64,000 nt of DNA from an uncultured Psychroserpens sp. Its GTDB lineage: Bacteria > Bacteroidota > Bacteroidia > Flavobacteriales > Flavobacteriaceae. Made by a program: the position numbers and the translations under genes. This document shows, piece by piece, positions 37,826-45,763 of this stretch; the stretch's first letter is position 1; the number at the start of each line of letters is the position of its first letter. The DNA lies in assembly GCA_947488655.1 (NCBI GenBank), contig CANKZZ010000007.1, forward strand, positions 24,928 through 88,927. The letters run 5' to 3'. The notes below the pieces were generated by a model, which was not told the DNA's origin, ran no database searches, and saw only the letters and a list, made by a program, of their open reading frames with translations.

Positions 37826-38325
37826 TACTTCAAACATTTAAAATAATCAAATGGTTCTTGGCAATCGTCGCACTGAAATTGTGCTTTACATGCTGTAGAA
37901 CCAAACTGACTTACTAATCTTGTATTTGTAGAGCCACAATTAGTACATTTTACCAATCGTTTTCCATTTAATAATACATCTTTATCTGCTTCTGCGTTTA
38001 AAGGTGCTGCTATACCGTAATCTTCTAATGCTTTTCGTCCTCTTGGTGTAATCCAATCGGTTGTCCAAGCTGGCGCTAAAATTAATTCGATTTCAGAATC
38101 GTATCCTGCAGCCTTTAATGCTGCTTTTATATCGTCTCCAATAACATCCATTGCTGGACAACCACTGTAAGTTGGTGTAATTTCAACTCTCACGATGTTA
38201 TTTTCGATAACAGCAGAACGTACAACTCCCATATCCATGATGGATAATACTGGAATTTCAGGATCTGAAACCTTTTCCAGAATTGGAATTAAAATTTCGT
38301 CTATGTTTTGTTCTGTTGTTGTCAT
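37825..38325 (-). CDS. paaD: 1,2-phenylacetyl-CoA epoxidase subunit D
   Basis: Has a SUF/MIP18-like N-domain (DPEIPVLSI.DMGVV) and a C-terminal Cys cluster (CTNCGS...CKAQFQCDDC). Confidence 0.85.
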   Translation of the reverse strand: MTTTEQNIDEILIPILEKVSDPEIPVLSIMDMGVVRSAVIENNIVRVEITPTYSGCPAMDVIGDDIKAALKAAGYDSEIELILAPAWTTDWITPRGRKALEDYGIAAPLNAEADKDVLLNGKRLVKCTNCGSTNTRLVSQFGSTACKAQFQCDDCQEPFDYFKCLK

Positions 38326-38336
38326 TTTATCTAAAT

Positions 38337-38365
38337 GAAATTCTTCGCTTCGCTCTGAATGACAT
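38337..38365. repeat. sequence repeat GAAATTCTTCGCTTCGCTCTGAATGACAT
   Basis: Second copy of the element at 37797..37825. Confidence 0.7.
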
Positions 38366-38380
38366 TTGGTTTTAATTTAT

Positions 38381-38406
38381 GAGATTCCTGCTTTCGCAGG
38401 AATTTT
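38381..38406. repeat. hairpin repeat GAGATTCCTGC-TTTC-GCAGGAATTTT
   Basis: 8-bp stem ATTCCTGC/GCAGGAAT. It runs directly into the paaC stop codon (38405..38407). Confidence 0.75.
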
Positions 38407-39157
38407 ACCATTCCATATTTGGATAGGTACGTTGCATATATTGTAAATCGCTTAGCAGGTAGCCTAAGTGTTCTGTATGAATACCTTGTTTACCTCCTTT
38501 TTGAAACCATTTTGATTCTGGAGTTTGTAATGTTGCTTCGTTTAATATTTCATCTACTTTTTTATAGTATGTTTCTTTTAAAGCGGTCACATCTACTCCA
38601 ATTCCTTCTGCGACCATTGCTTTATCTGCTTCGGTTTGATGGAATAATTCGTCTGTATATGTCCATAAACTATCTATAGCCTCTTGCGTTTTTTGATGAC
38701 TTACTTCTGTACCATCTCCTAAACGTTTTATCCAATCTGTAGAGAAACGTTGATGATAGCTCACTTCTTTAATTGATTTTTTTGCAATTGCCGACAGTGT
38801 TAAATCTTTACTTTTTTCTAATTGAGTTAAAAATAAATGATGATATACATCGAATAAAAACTGACGTGCCATTGTATATGCAAAATCTGTGTTTGGCTGT
38901 TCTACTAACAATACATTTACATATTCTCTCTCCTTACGTAGCATTGCAATATCATCTTCCGTTCGCTTATCTCCTGCAATTTTTGCTGCGTATTGGTAAT
39001 AACTTCTTACTTGACCGAATAAATCTAAAGAGATATTTGTACATGCAATATCTGTTTCTAAGCTTGGACCATGACCTGTTAGCGACCCTAATCTTTGCCC
39101 AAGAATTAAGGAATTATCTGCGACACCTAATATATAATTGTATAAATTTTGATTCAT
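38405..39157 (-). CDS. paaC: 1,2-phenylacetyl-CoA epoxidase subunit C
   Basis: 250-aa ferritin-like helical protein between paaB and paaD. The N-terminus LGVADNSLILGQRL is typical. Confidence 0.85.
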   Translation of the reverse strand: MNQNLYNYILGVADNSLILGQRLGSLTGHGPSLETDIACTNISLDLFGQVRSYYQYAAKIAGDKRTEDDIAMLRKEREYVNVLLVEQPNTDFAYTMARQFLFDVYHHLFLTQLEKSKDLTLSAIAKKSIKEVSYHQRFSTDWIKRLGDGTEVSHQKTQEAIDSLWTYTDELFHQTEADKAMVAEGIGVDVTALKETYYKKVDEILNEATLQTPESKWFQKGGKQGIHTEHLGYLLSDLQYMQRTYPNMEW

Positions 39158-39169
39158 AATTTCCTAAAT

Positions 39170-39195
39170 GAGATTCCTGCCTGCGCAGGAATTTG
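39170..39195. repeat. hairpin repeat GAGATTCCTGC-CTGC-GCAGGAATTTG
   Basis: Same stem as 38381 and 40690. It ends 1 nt before the paaB stop codon (39196..39198). Confidence 0.75.
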
Positions 39196-39486
39196 TTACA
39201 TATGTTTTACTTCGTCTGGTAAATCGTAAAATGTTGGATGACGATAAACTTTATCGTGAGCAGGCTCAAACATTTCGCCATTATTCTCTGGATTTGATGC
39301 TGTAATATGCTTAGATTCTACAACCCAAATGCTAACACCTTCACTTCTTCTTGTATAGACGTCTCTTGCATTTTCTAACGCCATGTCTTCATCTGCTGCG
39401 TGTAAACTTCCGCAGTGACGATGTTCTAATCCGTTTTTACTTCTTACGAAGACTTCCCAAAGTGGCCAGTTTTTTTTATCAGACAT
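39196..39486 (-). CDS. paaB: 1,2-phenylacetyl-CoA epoxidase subunit B
   Basis: WPLWEVFVRSK.GL.H.H.GSLHA and the 96-aa length are diagnostic of PaaB. Confidence 0.9.
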   Translation of the reverse strand: MSDKKNWPLWEVFVRSKNGLEHRHCGSLHAADEDMALENARDVYTRRSEGVSIWVVESKHITASNPENNGEMFEPAHDKVYRHPTFYDLPDEVKHM

Positions 39487-39554
39487 AATTTATATGTATT
39501 AATTTAAAATTGAATTTGAAATAAAAAAGTCTATAATTTCAATTTCAAGTTTTT

Positions 39555-40511
39555 TTATCCTACTTGTTTTTGTTTTCTCTCTTGTTTCTTTTCTGCGTAA
39601 GCCATAGCAGCATCTCTAACCCATTCTCCTTCTTCCCATGCATTTACTCTTGCTTTCATACGCTCTTTATTACATGGACCGTGACCTTTTACGACTTGCC
39701 AAAACTCGTCCCAATTAATCTCTCCAAAATCATAACTCTGGCGTTCTTCATTCCATTTTAAGTCTGGATCTGGAATGGTTAAACCAATTAAATCTGCTTG
39801 TGGAACGGTTTGATCTATAAATTGCTGACGTAAATCATCATTAGACTTACGTTTTAATTTCCATTTCATGGATTGTTCTGTATGAATAGATTCTGCATCT
39901 GTTGGACCTAACATCATAAGACTTGGCCACCACCAACGGTTTAGTGCATCTTGAGCCATTTCTTTTTGCTCTGGTGTACCGTTAGCCAACTTTATCATGA
40001 TTTCATAACCTTGACGTTGGTGAAAACTTTCTTCTTTACATACACGAATCATCGCTCTTGCATATGGTCCATACGATGTATTACAAAGTGGTACTTGGTT
40101 TATAATTGCTGCACCATCGACTAACCAACCTATAGCTCCCATATCTGCCCAAGTTACTGTTGGGTAATTAAATATTGAAGAATATTTTGCCTTACCTGTA
40201 TGAAGTTGATCGTATAATTCTTCTCGAGATACACCTAAGGTTTCGCAGGCAGAATATAAATATAATCCGTGTCCTGCTTCGTCTTGTACTTTTGCTAATA
40301 AGGCAACTTTACGACGTAAGGAAGGTGCTCTTGTAATCCAGTTTCCTTCAGGCAACATCCCAACAATTTCGGAATGTGCATGTTGAGACATTTGCCTAAT
40401 ATGCGTTTTGCGATATTTTTCTGGCATCCAGTCTTTTGGTTCGATTTTCTCGTCTCTTGCAATACGTTCTTCGAATTGCCTTTCTAAACTTCTAATTTGT
40501 TCTTCACTCAT
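39555..40511 (-). CDS. paaA: 1,2-phenylacetyl-CoA epoxidase catalytic subunit A
   Basis: Di-iron ferritin-like oxygenase (..QDEAGHG.., ..EESFHQRQG..), 318 aa. Confidence 0.95.
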   Translation of the reverse strand: MSEEQIRSLERQFEERIARDEKIEPKDWMPEKYRKTHIRQMSQHAHSEIVGMLPEGNWITRAPSLRRKVALLAKVQDEAGHGLYLYSACETLGVSREELYDQLHTGKAKYSSIFNYPTVTWADMGAIGWLVDGAAIINQVPLCNTSYGPYARAMIRVCKEESFHQRQGYEIMIKLANGTPEQKEMAQDALNRWWWPSLMMLGPTDAESIHTEQSMKWKLKRKSNDDLRQQFIDQTVPQADLIGLTIPDPDLKWNEERQSYDFGEINWDEFWQVVKGHGPCNKERMKARVNAWEEGEWVRDAAMAYAEKKQERKQKQVG

Positions 40512-40523
40512 CTTTCTAAGCTT

Positions 40524-40601
40524 TTAGCTAATGGCTTGTAACCTATAGCTGGTTGAACTTCTTTTTTATTAGCTGTTGGCTGTTGGCCTTTAGCTGATGG
40601 C
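40524..40601. promoter_or_regulatory. three direct copies of TTAGCTNNTGGC upstream of paaA
   Basis: The copies are TTAGCTAATGGC (40524), TTAGCTGTTGGC (40569) and TTAGCTGATGGC (40590). All lie within the 204-nt paaE-paaA spacer. Confidence 0.3.
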
Positions 40602-40639
40602 GCGTTAAGGATGGAGCAATTATTGGAGCTCATCTTTGA

Positions 40640-40675
40640 TAGCGACTTGCGAGAGCCTGACCCTTTGGGTAACGC
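40640..40675. repeat. 36-nt GC-rich conserved segment AGCGACTTGCGAGAGCCTGACCCTTTGGGTAACGCC
   Basis: 28/36 identical to 33584..33619. Confidence 0.55.
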
Positions 40676-40689
40676 CAAAATTATTATTT

Positions 40690-40715
40690 GAGATTCCTGC
40701 CTTCGCAGGAATTTG
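40690..40715. repeat. hairpin repeat GAGATTCCTGC-CTTC-GCAGGAATTTG
   Basis: Same stem as the other copies. It ends 1 nt before the paaE stop codon (40716..40718). Confidence 0.75.
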
Positions 40716-41789
40716 TTAGACGTCAAAATCGACGACTACTTTATTTGTTGTTGGTACTGCTTGACAACTTAATACCAAATTTTGCGCGACTTCTTTTTCG
40801 TCTAACGCATAGTTTATTTTCATTTCTACGTTTCCTTCTTTTACTTCACACTTACAGGTGCTGCAAACGCCACCTTTACAGGCGAATGGCAAATCGGCTC
40901 CTGCTCCTAAGGCTGCATCTAGAATATTATCATACTCTTTGGTCATTGTGAAGGAGAACTCTTTACCACCATCTACTATTGTTACTTGTGTTCCTTCTAC
41001 TTTTTGTTGTGCTAAACGCTCTGCTCTTTTTATATCTTCGTCTGAAAGTCCTGTTACGAATAACTCGAAATGGACTAATTCTTTTGGCAATCCAGCTTCT
41101 ATTAAATAGTTGCTTACATAGTTTACCATTTTTTCTGGCCCACATAAAAATACTTCGCTAGTGTCTGGAATATCAATAAATGTCTTGGTTAAGACTTGCA
41201 TTTTATCATCGTCAAAACGACCATTAAACAGCTCGATATCTCTACGCTCTTTGGTTAAGAAATAATAGATTTCTAATCTGCCAAAATATGTGTTTCTTAA
41301 TTGCTCTAGTTCTTCTTTAAAGATAATAGATTTTGCTGTTTTGTTAACGTAAAACAACTTGCAAGTTGCGTTTGGCTCTGCTTGCAAATGTGCTTTTACC
41401 ATGGATAGAACTGGAGTAATACCACTTCCTGCAGCAAAAAAGAGATAATTTTTTGAGGTTTCGGGCTGACAAGGCACACCAAATGTTCCGCTTGGCTCCA
41501 TAACTTCCATCATGTCTCCAATTTTTACATTTTGATTTATATAAGTAGAAAACTTACCTCCAGGAATTAACTTTACAGCGACTTGCCATTTGTTATCTAT
41601 TGGACTTGAACATAGTGAATATGATCTGCGTACATCTTCGCCATTAATATCTGCCTTTAACGTTAAATGCTGACCTTGCCGAAACTTAAAGACCTGTGTT
41701 AATTGTGCAGGTACTTTAAAAGTAACTACCGAAGTATCATCGGTTTCTTTATATATATCTTCAACTTCTAAGTTGTGAAAATCTGCCAT
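40716..41789 (-). CDS. paaE: 1,2-phenylacetyl-CoA epoxidase reductase subunit (FNR-like + plant-type 2Fe-2S)
   Basis: Has an FAD/NAD-binding FNR domain (RSYSLCS, GSGITP) and a C-terminal C.....GGVCSTCKC ferredoxin motif. Confidence 0.9.
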   Translation of the reverse strand: MADFHNLEVEDIYKETDDTSVVTFKVPAQLTQVFKFRQGQHLTLKADINGEDVRRSYSLCSSPIDNKWQVAVKLIPGGKFSTYINQNVKIGDMMEVMEPSGTFGVPCQPETSKNYLFFAAGSGITPVLSMVKAHLQAEPNATCKLFYVNKTAKSIIFKEELEQLRNTYFGRLEIYYFLTKERRDIELFNGRFDDDKMQVLTKTFIDIPDTSEVFLCGPEKMVNYVSNYLIEAGLPKELVHFELFVTGLSDEDIKRAERLAQQKVEGTQVTIVDGGKEFSFTMTKEYDNILDAALGAGADLPFACKGGVCSTCKCEVKEGNVEMKINYALDEKEVAQNLVLSCQAVPTTNKVVVDFDV

Positions 41790-41841
41790 TTCTTTGTTTA
41801 TTCTTTTTTCGAAGAAAAAAGAAATTTAAGTTATACATTTT

Positions 41842-41859
41842 AACTAACACTTGTTAGTT
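41842..41859. promoter_or_regulatory. perfect inverted repeat AACTAACA-CT-TGTTAGTT (candidate TetR/PaaR operator)
   Basis: 8-bp arms with a 2-nt spacer, 53-70 nt upstream of the paaE ATG and 7 nt downstream of a TATCTTTG -7 box. Confidence 0.45.
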
Positions 41860-41866
41860 TAGAGAA

Positions 41867-41874
41867 CAAAGATA
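41867..41874 (-). promoter_or_regulatory. candidate Bacteroidota -7 promoter box TATCTTTG (TAnnTTTG) for the paa operon
   Basis: The reverse complement of CAAAGATA matches the TAnnTTTG consensus. No clear -33 TTTG lies at the canonical spacing. Confidence 0.35.
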
Positions 41875-41890
41875 CAAAATTTCTTCTTAA

Positions 41891-42466
41891 TTAGATGTTA
41901 ATTCCTCCTATGAGTACTTCACTTAAATTTTGCGCTAAATTGGTTGCGTCGAGGTCTTCTTTTTTAGGTATCCAAAGATATAATGACCTTAGAGTTGTTA
42001 ACATTGAAAACATTATAATTTCTGGGTTTTTATCTTTAATTTCTAATGCTGCGATACCTTCTTTAATAATATTAAGAAAATTACTTTCGTACTCATTTCT
42101 AAGTTGGAGGTAGTGAGACAATTGATCTTCTAAATGCATCCAATCATTATTAAGAGATGCCATACCATTGGTGTTGTTTGCTGCAATATTAACGTGTAAG
42201 GCGACTATATTTTCTAGTTTTGAAATATTAGAATCTTTAGATTTTATTATAATGTCCATGCCATTTGTAAAATCTTCGGCAATGGAGATGATTATTGCTT
42301 TGAGAATTTCTTGCTTAGAATTGATATGATTATAGAGACTGGCTGCTTTTATTCCCATTGCGGTTGCTAAATCTCTCATAGTTACTGCGCTATAACCTTT
42401 TTCTTTAAAAAGTTTGGCTGCGGTTTGTATAATTTCGTCTTTTCTGGTTTCGGGTTTCAATGCCAT
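41891..42466 (-). CDS. TetR/AcrR family transcriptional regulator (candidate paa regulator)
   Basis: Has an N-terminal HTH (GYSAVTMRDLATAMGIKAASLYNHI). It lies directly upstream of paaE on the same strand. Confidence 0.85.
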   Translation of the reverse strand: MALKPETRKDEIIQTAAKLFKEKGYSAVTMRDLATAMGIKAASLYNHINSKQEILKAIIISIAEDFTNGMDIIIKSKDSNISKLENIVALHVNIAANNTNGMASLNNDWMHLEDQLSHYLQLRNEYESNFLNIIKEGIAALEIKDKNPEIIMFSMLTTLRSLYLWIPKKEDLDATNLAQNLSEVLIGGINI

Positions 42467-42506
42467 TTGCTTATAATTATTGTAAATTTATACAAAAAGA
42501 AAGACT

Positions 42507-42812
42507 ATGGGATTTTTAGAATTTATATTTGGCGCTAAAAAAAGGCAAGTTGAGGAATATGTGAGCAATGGCGCAGTTATTTTAGATGTAAGAACTCAGC
42601 GAGAATGGGATAATGGACATATAGAAAACTCGGTTCACATACCTTTAAACGAACTGAATAATCGTGTTGCAGAGGTTAAGGCATTAAATAAACCTGTGAT
42701 TGCTTGTTGCGAAAGTGGTGTACGCTCTGCTAAAGCTGCCAAGTTTTTAAAATTAAATAATATAAATGCTATTAATGGTGGTGGCTGGGTGAGTGTTAAG
42801 AATAAATTATAA
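42507..42812 (+). CDS. single-domain rhodanese-like sulfurtransferase
   Basis: Has ILDVRTQREWDNGHI and the active-site loop CCESGVRS. Confidence 0.85.
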   Translation: MGFLEFIFGAKKRQVEEYVSNGAVILDVRTQREWDNGHIENSVHIPLNELNNRVAEVKALNKPVIACCESGVRSAKAAKFLKLNNINAINGGGWVSVKNKL

Positions 42813-43421
42813 TTTTAATCCTTGTAAGGCCTCGGTTGATTCTATTGGGTTTTCATTGTACTCTAAAGTCCAACCCATTGTACTTGTAAGAATGTAAAAT
42901 TTTGCTAACTCGCTAAGTAATCTATTTTGTGCATTTGATTTAAGGTCTGACGCTTCAATTTTTTTCATTAAAGATTTATTCACGGTTTTTTTAATTTCGT
43001 TATAATCTTTAGCTTCAAATTGATTTAAAAAGTCTGCCTGAATATCATAATATTCGTAATCTGGACTAATTTTAATTTCTTCTTTTGGAATGCTTAAAAT
43101 ACGTAGTGTCTTAGTTAGCTCGTCTATTTCAAACTCTATTAGACTTAAATCATAACCAATAGTCACATCTGCATTTACAATTACTATAGCTCTTTTTTCG
43201 GCCTCTATAAAGTCACCAAAGATTGCTTTAGAGTTTTTGTAGGTAAAGACTTCACTAAAATGACCTTCGGTAACTACTAATTTACCTACATTTTTTACTT
43301 GTTCTTGAATGAGTGCAGTATTTTCTTGCAAGGTGATTCTATCTTCATTTTTATCTCCACAGTATTTAAATGTAAATAAAATGATTAGGGTAATTACAAC
43401 TCCAAAAAATACTTTTCTCAT
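42807..43421 (-). CDS. DUF4230-like membrane-anchored protein
   Basis: Has an N-terminal anchor, and VVTEGHFSEVFTY...IVNADVTIGYDL is typical of DUF4230. Confidence 0.55.
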   Translation of the reverse strand: MRKVFFGVVITLIILFTFKYCGDKNEDRITLQENTALIQEQVKNVGKLVVTEGHFSEVFTYKNSKAIFGDFIEAEKRAIVIVNADVTIGYDLSLIEFEIDELTKTLRILSIPKEEIKISPDYEYYDIQADFLNQFEAKDYNEIKKTVNKSLMKKIEASDLKSNAQNRLLSELAKFYILTSTMGWTLEYNENPIESTEALQGLKL

Positions 43422-43425
43422 TGTA

Positions 43426-43761
43426 CTATTTTTTTTTCAATTCTAATTTTTCTGCGAAGTAATCACAAAAATCCTTCATAGTTGCTGTCATTTTTTCGTC
43501 TTGAGTAGCTCTATGAAACGTGTTACTCATTTCTACCAATGTTTGATGAAAAAATTGTTTCATTTCATCTACAGGCATATCTTTTGTCCACAAATCTATA
43601 CGAAGTGTTTCTTTAGCTTTAGCATCCCAAACTGCGAGCATCATTGCTTTAGCTTCTTCATTAGAAATACCTCCATCTTGTGCTGTCCAGTTTAGTTTTT
43701 CTGGAACTCTGTTTTCATCGAGTTCTATATTAAGTTCTATTTTTGAAGTATGATTTGCCAT
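43426..43761 (-). CDS. gldC: gliding motility protein GldC
   Basis: 111 aa. The sequence ...IELDENRVPEKLNWTAQDGG... fits GldC. Its ATG overlaps the gldB stop (TAATG). Confidence 0.8.
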   Translation of the reverse strand: MANHTSKIELNIELDENRVPEKLNWTAQDGGISNEEAKAMMLAVWDAKAKETLRIDLWTKDMPVDEMKQFFHQTLVEMSNTFHRATQDEKMTATMKDFCDYFAEKLELKKK

Positions 43762-44720
43762 TATTTAGCTGGTTTATAATTTGATTTATTAAAAATTTCT
43801 ATTGCTTCTTTTTGCATCAGGTCTTGAAGAGACACATCGTTATTTTGCATATAAGCTCTTACAATTTGCCAACCTATAAATTGCCCTAATCGTCCTGGTG
43901 TTTGATTATCTAATTCTAACTGAAATTTAGAAAAAGGAGCATCTGCAATGAAACGCGCAGGCAAAGAACTATCTGTATTATACAACATTTCGTTTTCTAC
44001 AAACTCTGTCCAAATCATGTTTTCATTAGCATAAGCAAAGTCTAGTTGCTCATTTGAGTAACCAATTTTTTGAGCATCTGTTTTAAATGGAATGACCTTA
44101 TCCTTAAAGTATAGTTGTTTTCCGAAGTAAATCATTTCATCTAAAAATGTTTTTTTCTGCGATTGAAAAATTTGCTTCTCTGCGTATGATGATGCTAAAT
44201 CAACAACAATTTGAGAAGGCACCATATTTTGCACCAAATATCTCGGTAAATTGGCATAAAACTCGTGATTTGACCCTAAGTAATTATCTATTGCAATAAC
44301 CGCAACAGTATCTGTTACCGCTAATTTTTCTCTATATTTTACAAAATTAGTAAGTGTTATAACTCTTAGCTCTGAGAAAGTTTTATCGTAATATTTTAAA
44401 TGCCTAAATAAATCTCCTATTTCATTAGTTACCGTCTTAAAGTCGCCAAATTGTTTATGAGTTTCATTATTTAATATAACTTGAAAAGAATCTGTCATTC
44501 TCTCCACCCATAAGGAATCTGGAATTCTACTAGAAAACAAAAAGGGATATGTAGATTTAAGATTAGACAAATCATTTGGTGTAGCTTCTGCAAAAGCACG
44601 ATCAAAACGCTCTACGGTAAAGTCGACATCAATCTTTGCAATCTCTTCTTCTAATGCATTATCATTTTTGCAATTAAAAAAAGCTAATAGCACAAGAATA
44701 AATAGTGTTATTTTTTTCAT
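43761..44720 (-). CDS. gldB: gliding motility lipoprotein GldB
   Basis: Lipobox FFNC and 319 aa. The conserved gldB-gldC pairing next to nadE is as in Flavobacterium johnsoniae. Confidence 0.8.
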   Translation of the reverse strand: MKKITLFILVLLAFFNCKNDNALEEEIAKIDVDFTVERFDRAFAEATPNDLSNLKSTYPFLFSSRIPDSLWVERMTDSFQVILNNETHKQFGDFKTVTNEIGDLFRHLKYYDKTFSELRVITLTNFVKYREKLAVTDTVAVIAIDNYLGSNHEFYANLPRYLVQNMVPSQIVVDLASSYAEKQIFQSQKKTFLDEMIYFGKQLYFKDKVIPFKTDAQKIGYSNEQLDFAYANENMIWTEFVENEMLYNTDSSLPARFIADAPFSKFQLELDNQTPGRLGQFIGWQIVRAYMQNNDVSLQDLMQKEAIEIFNKSNYKPAK

Positions 44721-44846
44721 GAATTAGGTTTTCAAAAACTTAATAAAAGTAATTACGTTTTACTAACGAGATTTTTAAACTTATCTTATTGAATTCATTA
44801 TTTTTGTTAAACAAAGGTACTATTCTTTAACTAAAAACTCATTAGA

Positions 44847-45635
44847 ATGCAAACAGAAAAAGTTGTTGATTATATCGTAAATTGGCTCAAGGACTATGCT
44901 ACCAAAGCTGGTGTAAATGGTTTTGTAATTGGCATATCTGGAGGTGTAGACTCTGCAGTGACCTCAACATTGTGTGCAAAAACAGGTTTAGATTTATTGT
45001 GTATTGAAATGCCAATACATCAAGCTGCAAGCCATGTAACTAGAGCTCAAGAGCATATTGCACAATTAAAACAACGTTTTAATAATGTTAAAGATACTAG
45101 AGTAGACCTTACTCCTGTGTTTGAAGAGTTTAAAACAGAAGTATCTCTAGAGGGAAAACAAGCAACAGTAGATATGGCATTAGCCAATACCAGAGCAAGG
45201 TTAAGAATGACTACTTTATATTATCATGCAGGTCTTTTAGGGCTTTTAGTTGCTGGAACGGGAAATAAAGTAGAAGATTTTGGAGTTGGATTTTATACAA
45301 AATATGGTGATGGCGGAGTAGATTTGAGTCCTATTGCAGATTTAATGAAATCTGAAGTATATGCCATTGGAGAGTATTTAGACGTCCCAGAATCTATTAT
45401 GAAAGCTGCACCAAGTGATGGCTTATTTGGAGATGCACGAAGTGATGAAGATCAAATAGGTGCTACATATCCTGAACTGGAATGGGCAATGACAATGAAA
45501 GACGAGGGTAAGACAGCAAATGATTTTGAAGGTCGCCAAAAAGAAGCTTTTGAAATCTATATGAGATATAATCGTGCTAACACGCACAAAATGATACCGA
45601 TACCAATTTGCGAAATCCCTAATGATTTAAAATAA
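44847..45635 (+). CDS. nadE: ammonia-dependent NAD+ synthetase
   Basis: Has the SGGVDS PP-loop and the ..GTGNKVED..G..TKYGDGG.. motif. Confidence 0.9.
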   Translation: MQTEKVVDYIVNWLKDYATKAGVNGFVIGISGGVDSAVTSTLCAKTGLDLLCIEMPIHQAASHVTRAQEHIAQLKQRFNNVKDTRVDLTPVFEEFKTEVSLEGKQATVDMALANTRARLRMTTLYYHAGLLGLLVAGTGNKVEDFGVGFYTKYGDGGVDLSPIADLMKSEVYAIGEYLDVPESIMKAAPSDGLFGDARSDEDQIGATYPELEWAMTMKDEGKTANDFEGRQKEAFEIYMRYNRANTHKMIPIPICEIPNDLK

Positions 45636-45763
45636 ATACTGAGATAATCGCAAAGAACGTTAAATTTTTTTGTAATTTTGTAGAGCAAATTCCCACATTC
45701 TCGAATTTATTTAAAACATAGATTCTTGTACACTTATACTAAGTAACCAATTAAAAATGTATT

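Noticed and set aside
38419-39159. Listed plus-strand ORFs 38419..38679 and 38773..39159 (86 and 128 aa)
   Set aside because: They are antisense to the well-supported paaC gene, Leu/Phe-rich, and have no homolog-like features. The same reasoning applies to other antisense ORFs: 206..439, 447..662, 4214..4405, 7312..7665, 8530..8715, 10020..10301, 13348..13590, 14029..14262, 17324..18422, 19203..20341, 27927..28274, 29301..29549, 31879..32157, 40858..41161 and 60041..60278.
29698-40715. The repeated GAGATTCCTGC...GCAGGAAT hairpins as a CRISPR array
   Set aside because: The copies are separated by whole genes (0.8-1.5 kb), not by 25-40-nt spacers. They are only about 26 nt and strongly palindromic, and no cas genes are present. 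They fit REP/MITE-like elements.
40508-40726. Listed 72-aa ORF on the minus strand between paaE and paaA
   Set aside because: It is built entirely from the repeat elements (the hairpin, the 36-nt segment and the TTAGCT repeats). Its composition is low-complexity and it has no recognisable fold, so it is most likely a spurious ORF across repeats.
41805-41825. A/T-only hairpin TCTTTTTTC-GAA-GAAAAAAGA between the TetR gene and paaE as a terminator
   Set aside because: The stem is almost purely A-T with a 3-nt loop, so predicted stability is very low. It is probably just low-complexity sequence.
45673-45680. TAATTTTG (TAnnTTTG) as the promoter of the response-regulator gene
   Set aside because: It matches the -7 consensus, but it has no -33 element at proper spacing. 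Such 8-mers are expected by chance in AT-rich spacers, so the support is too weak to list as a feature.
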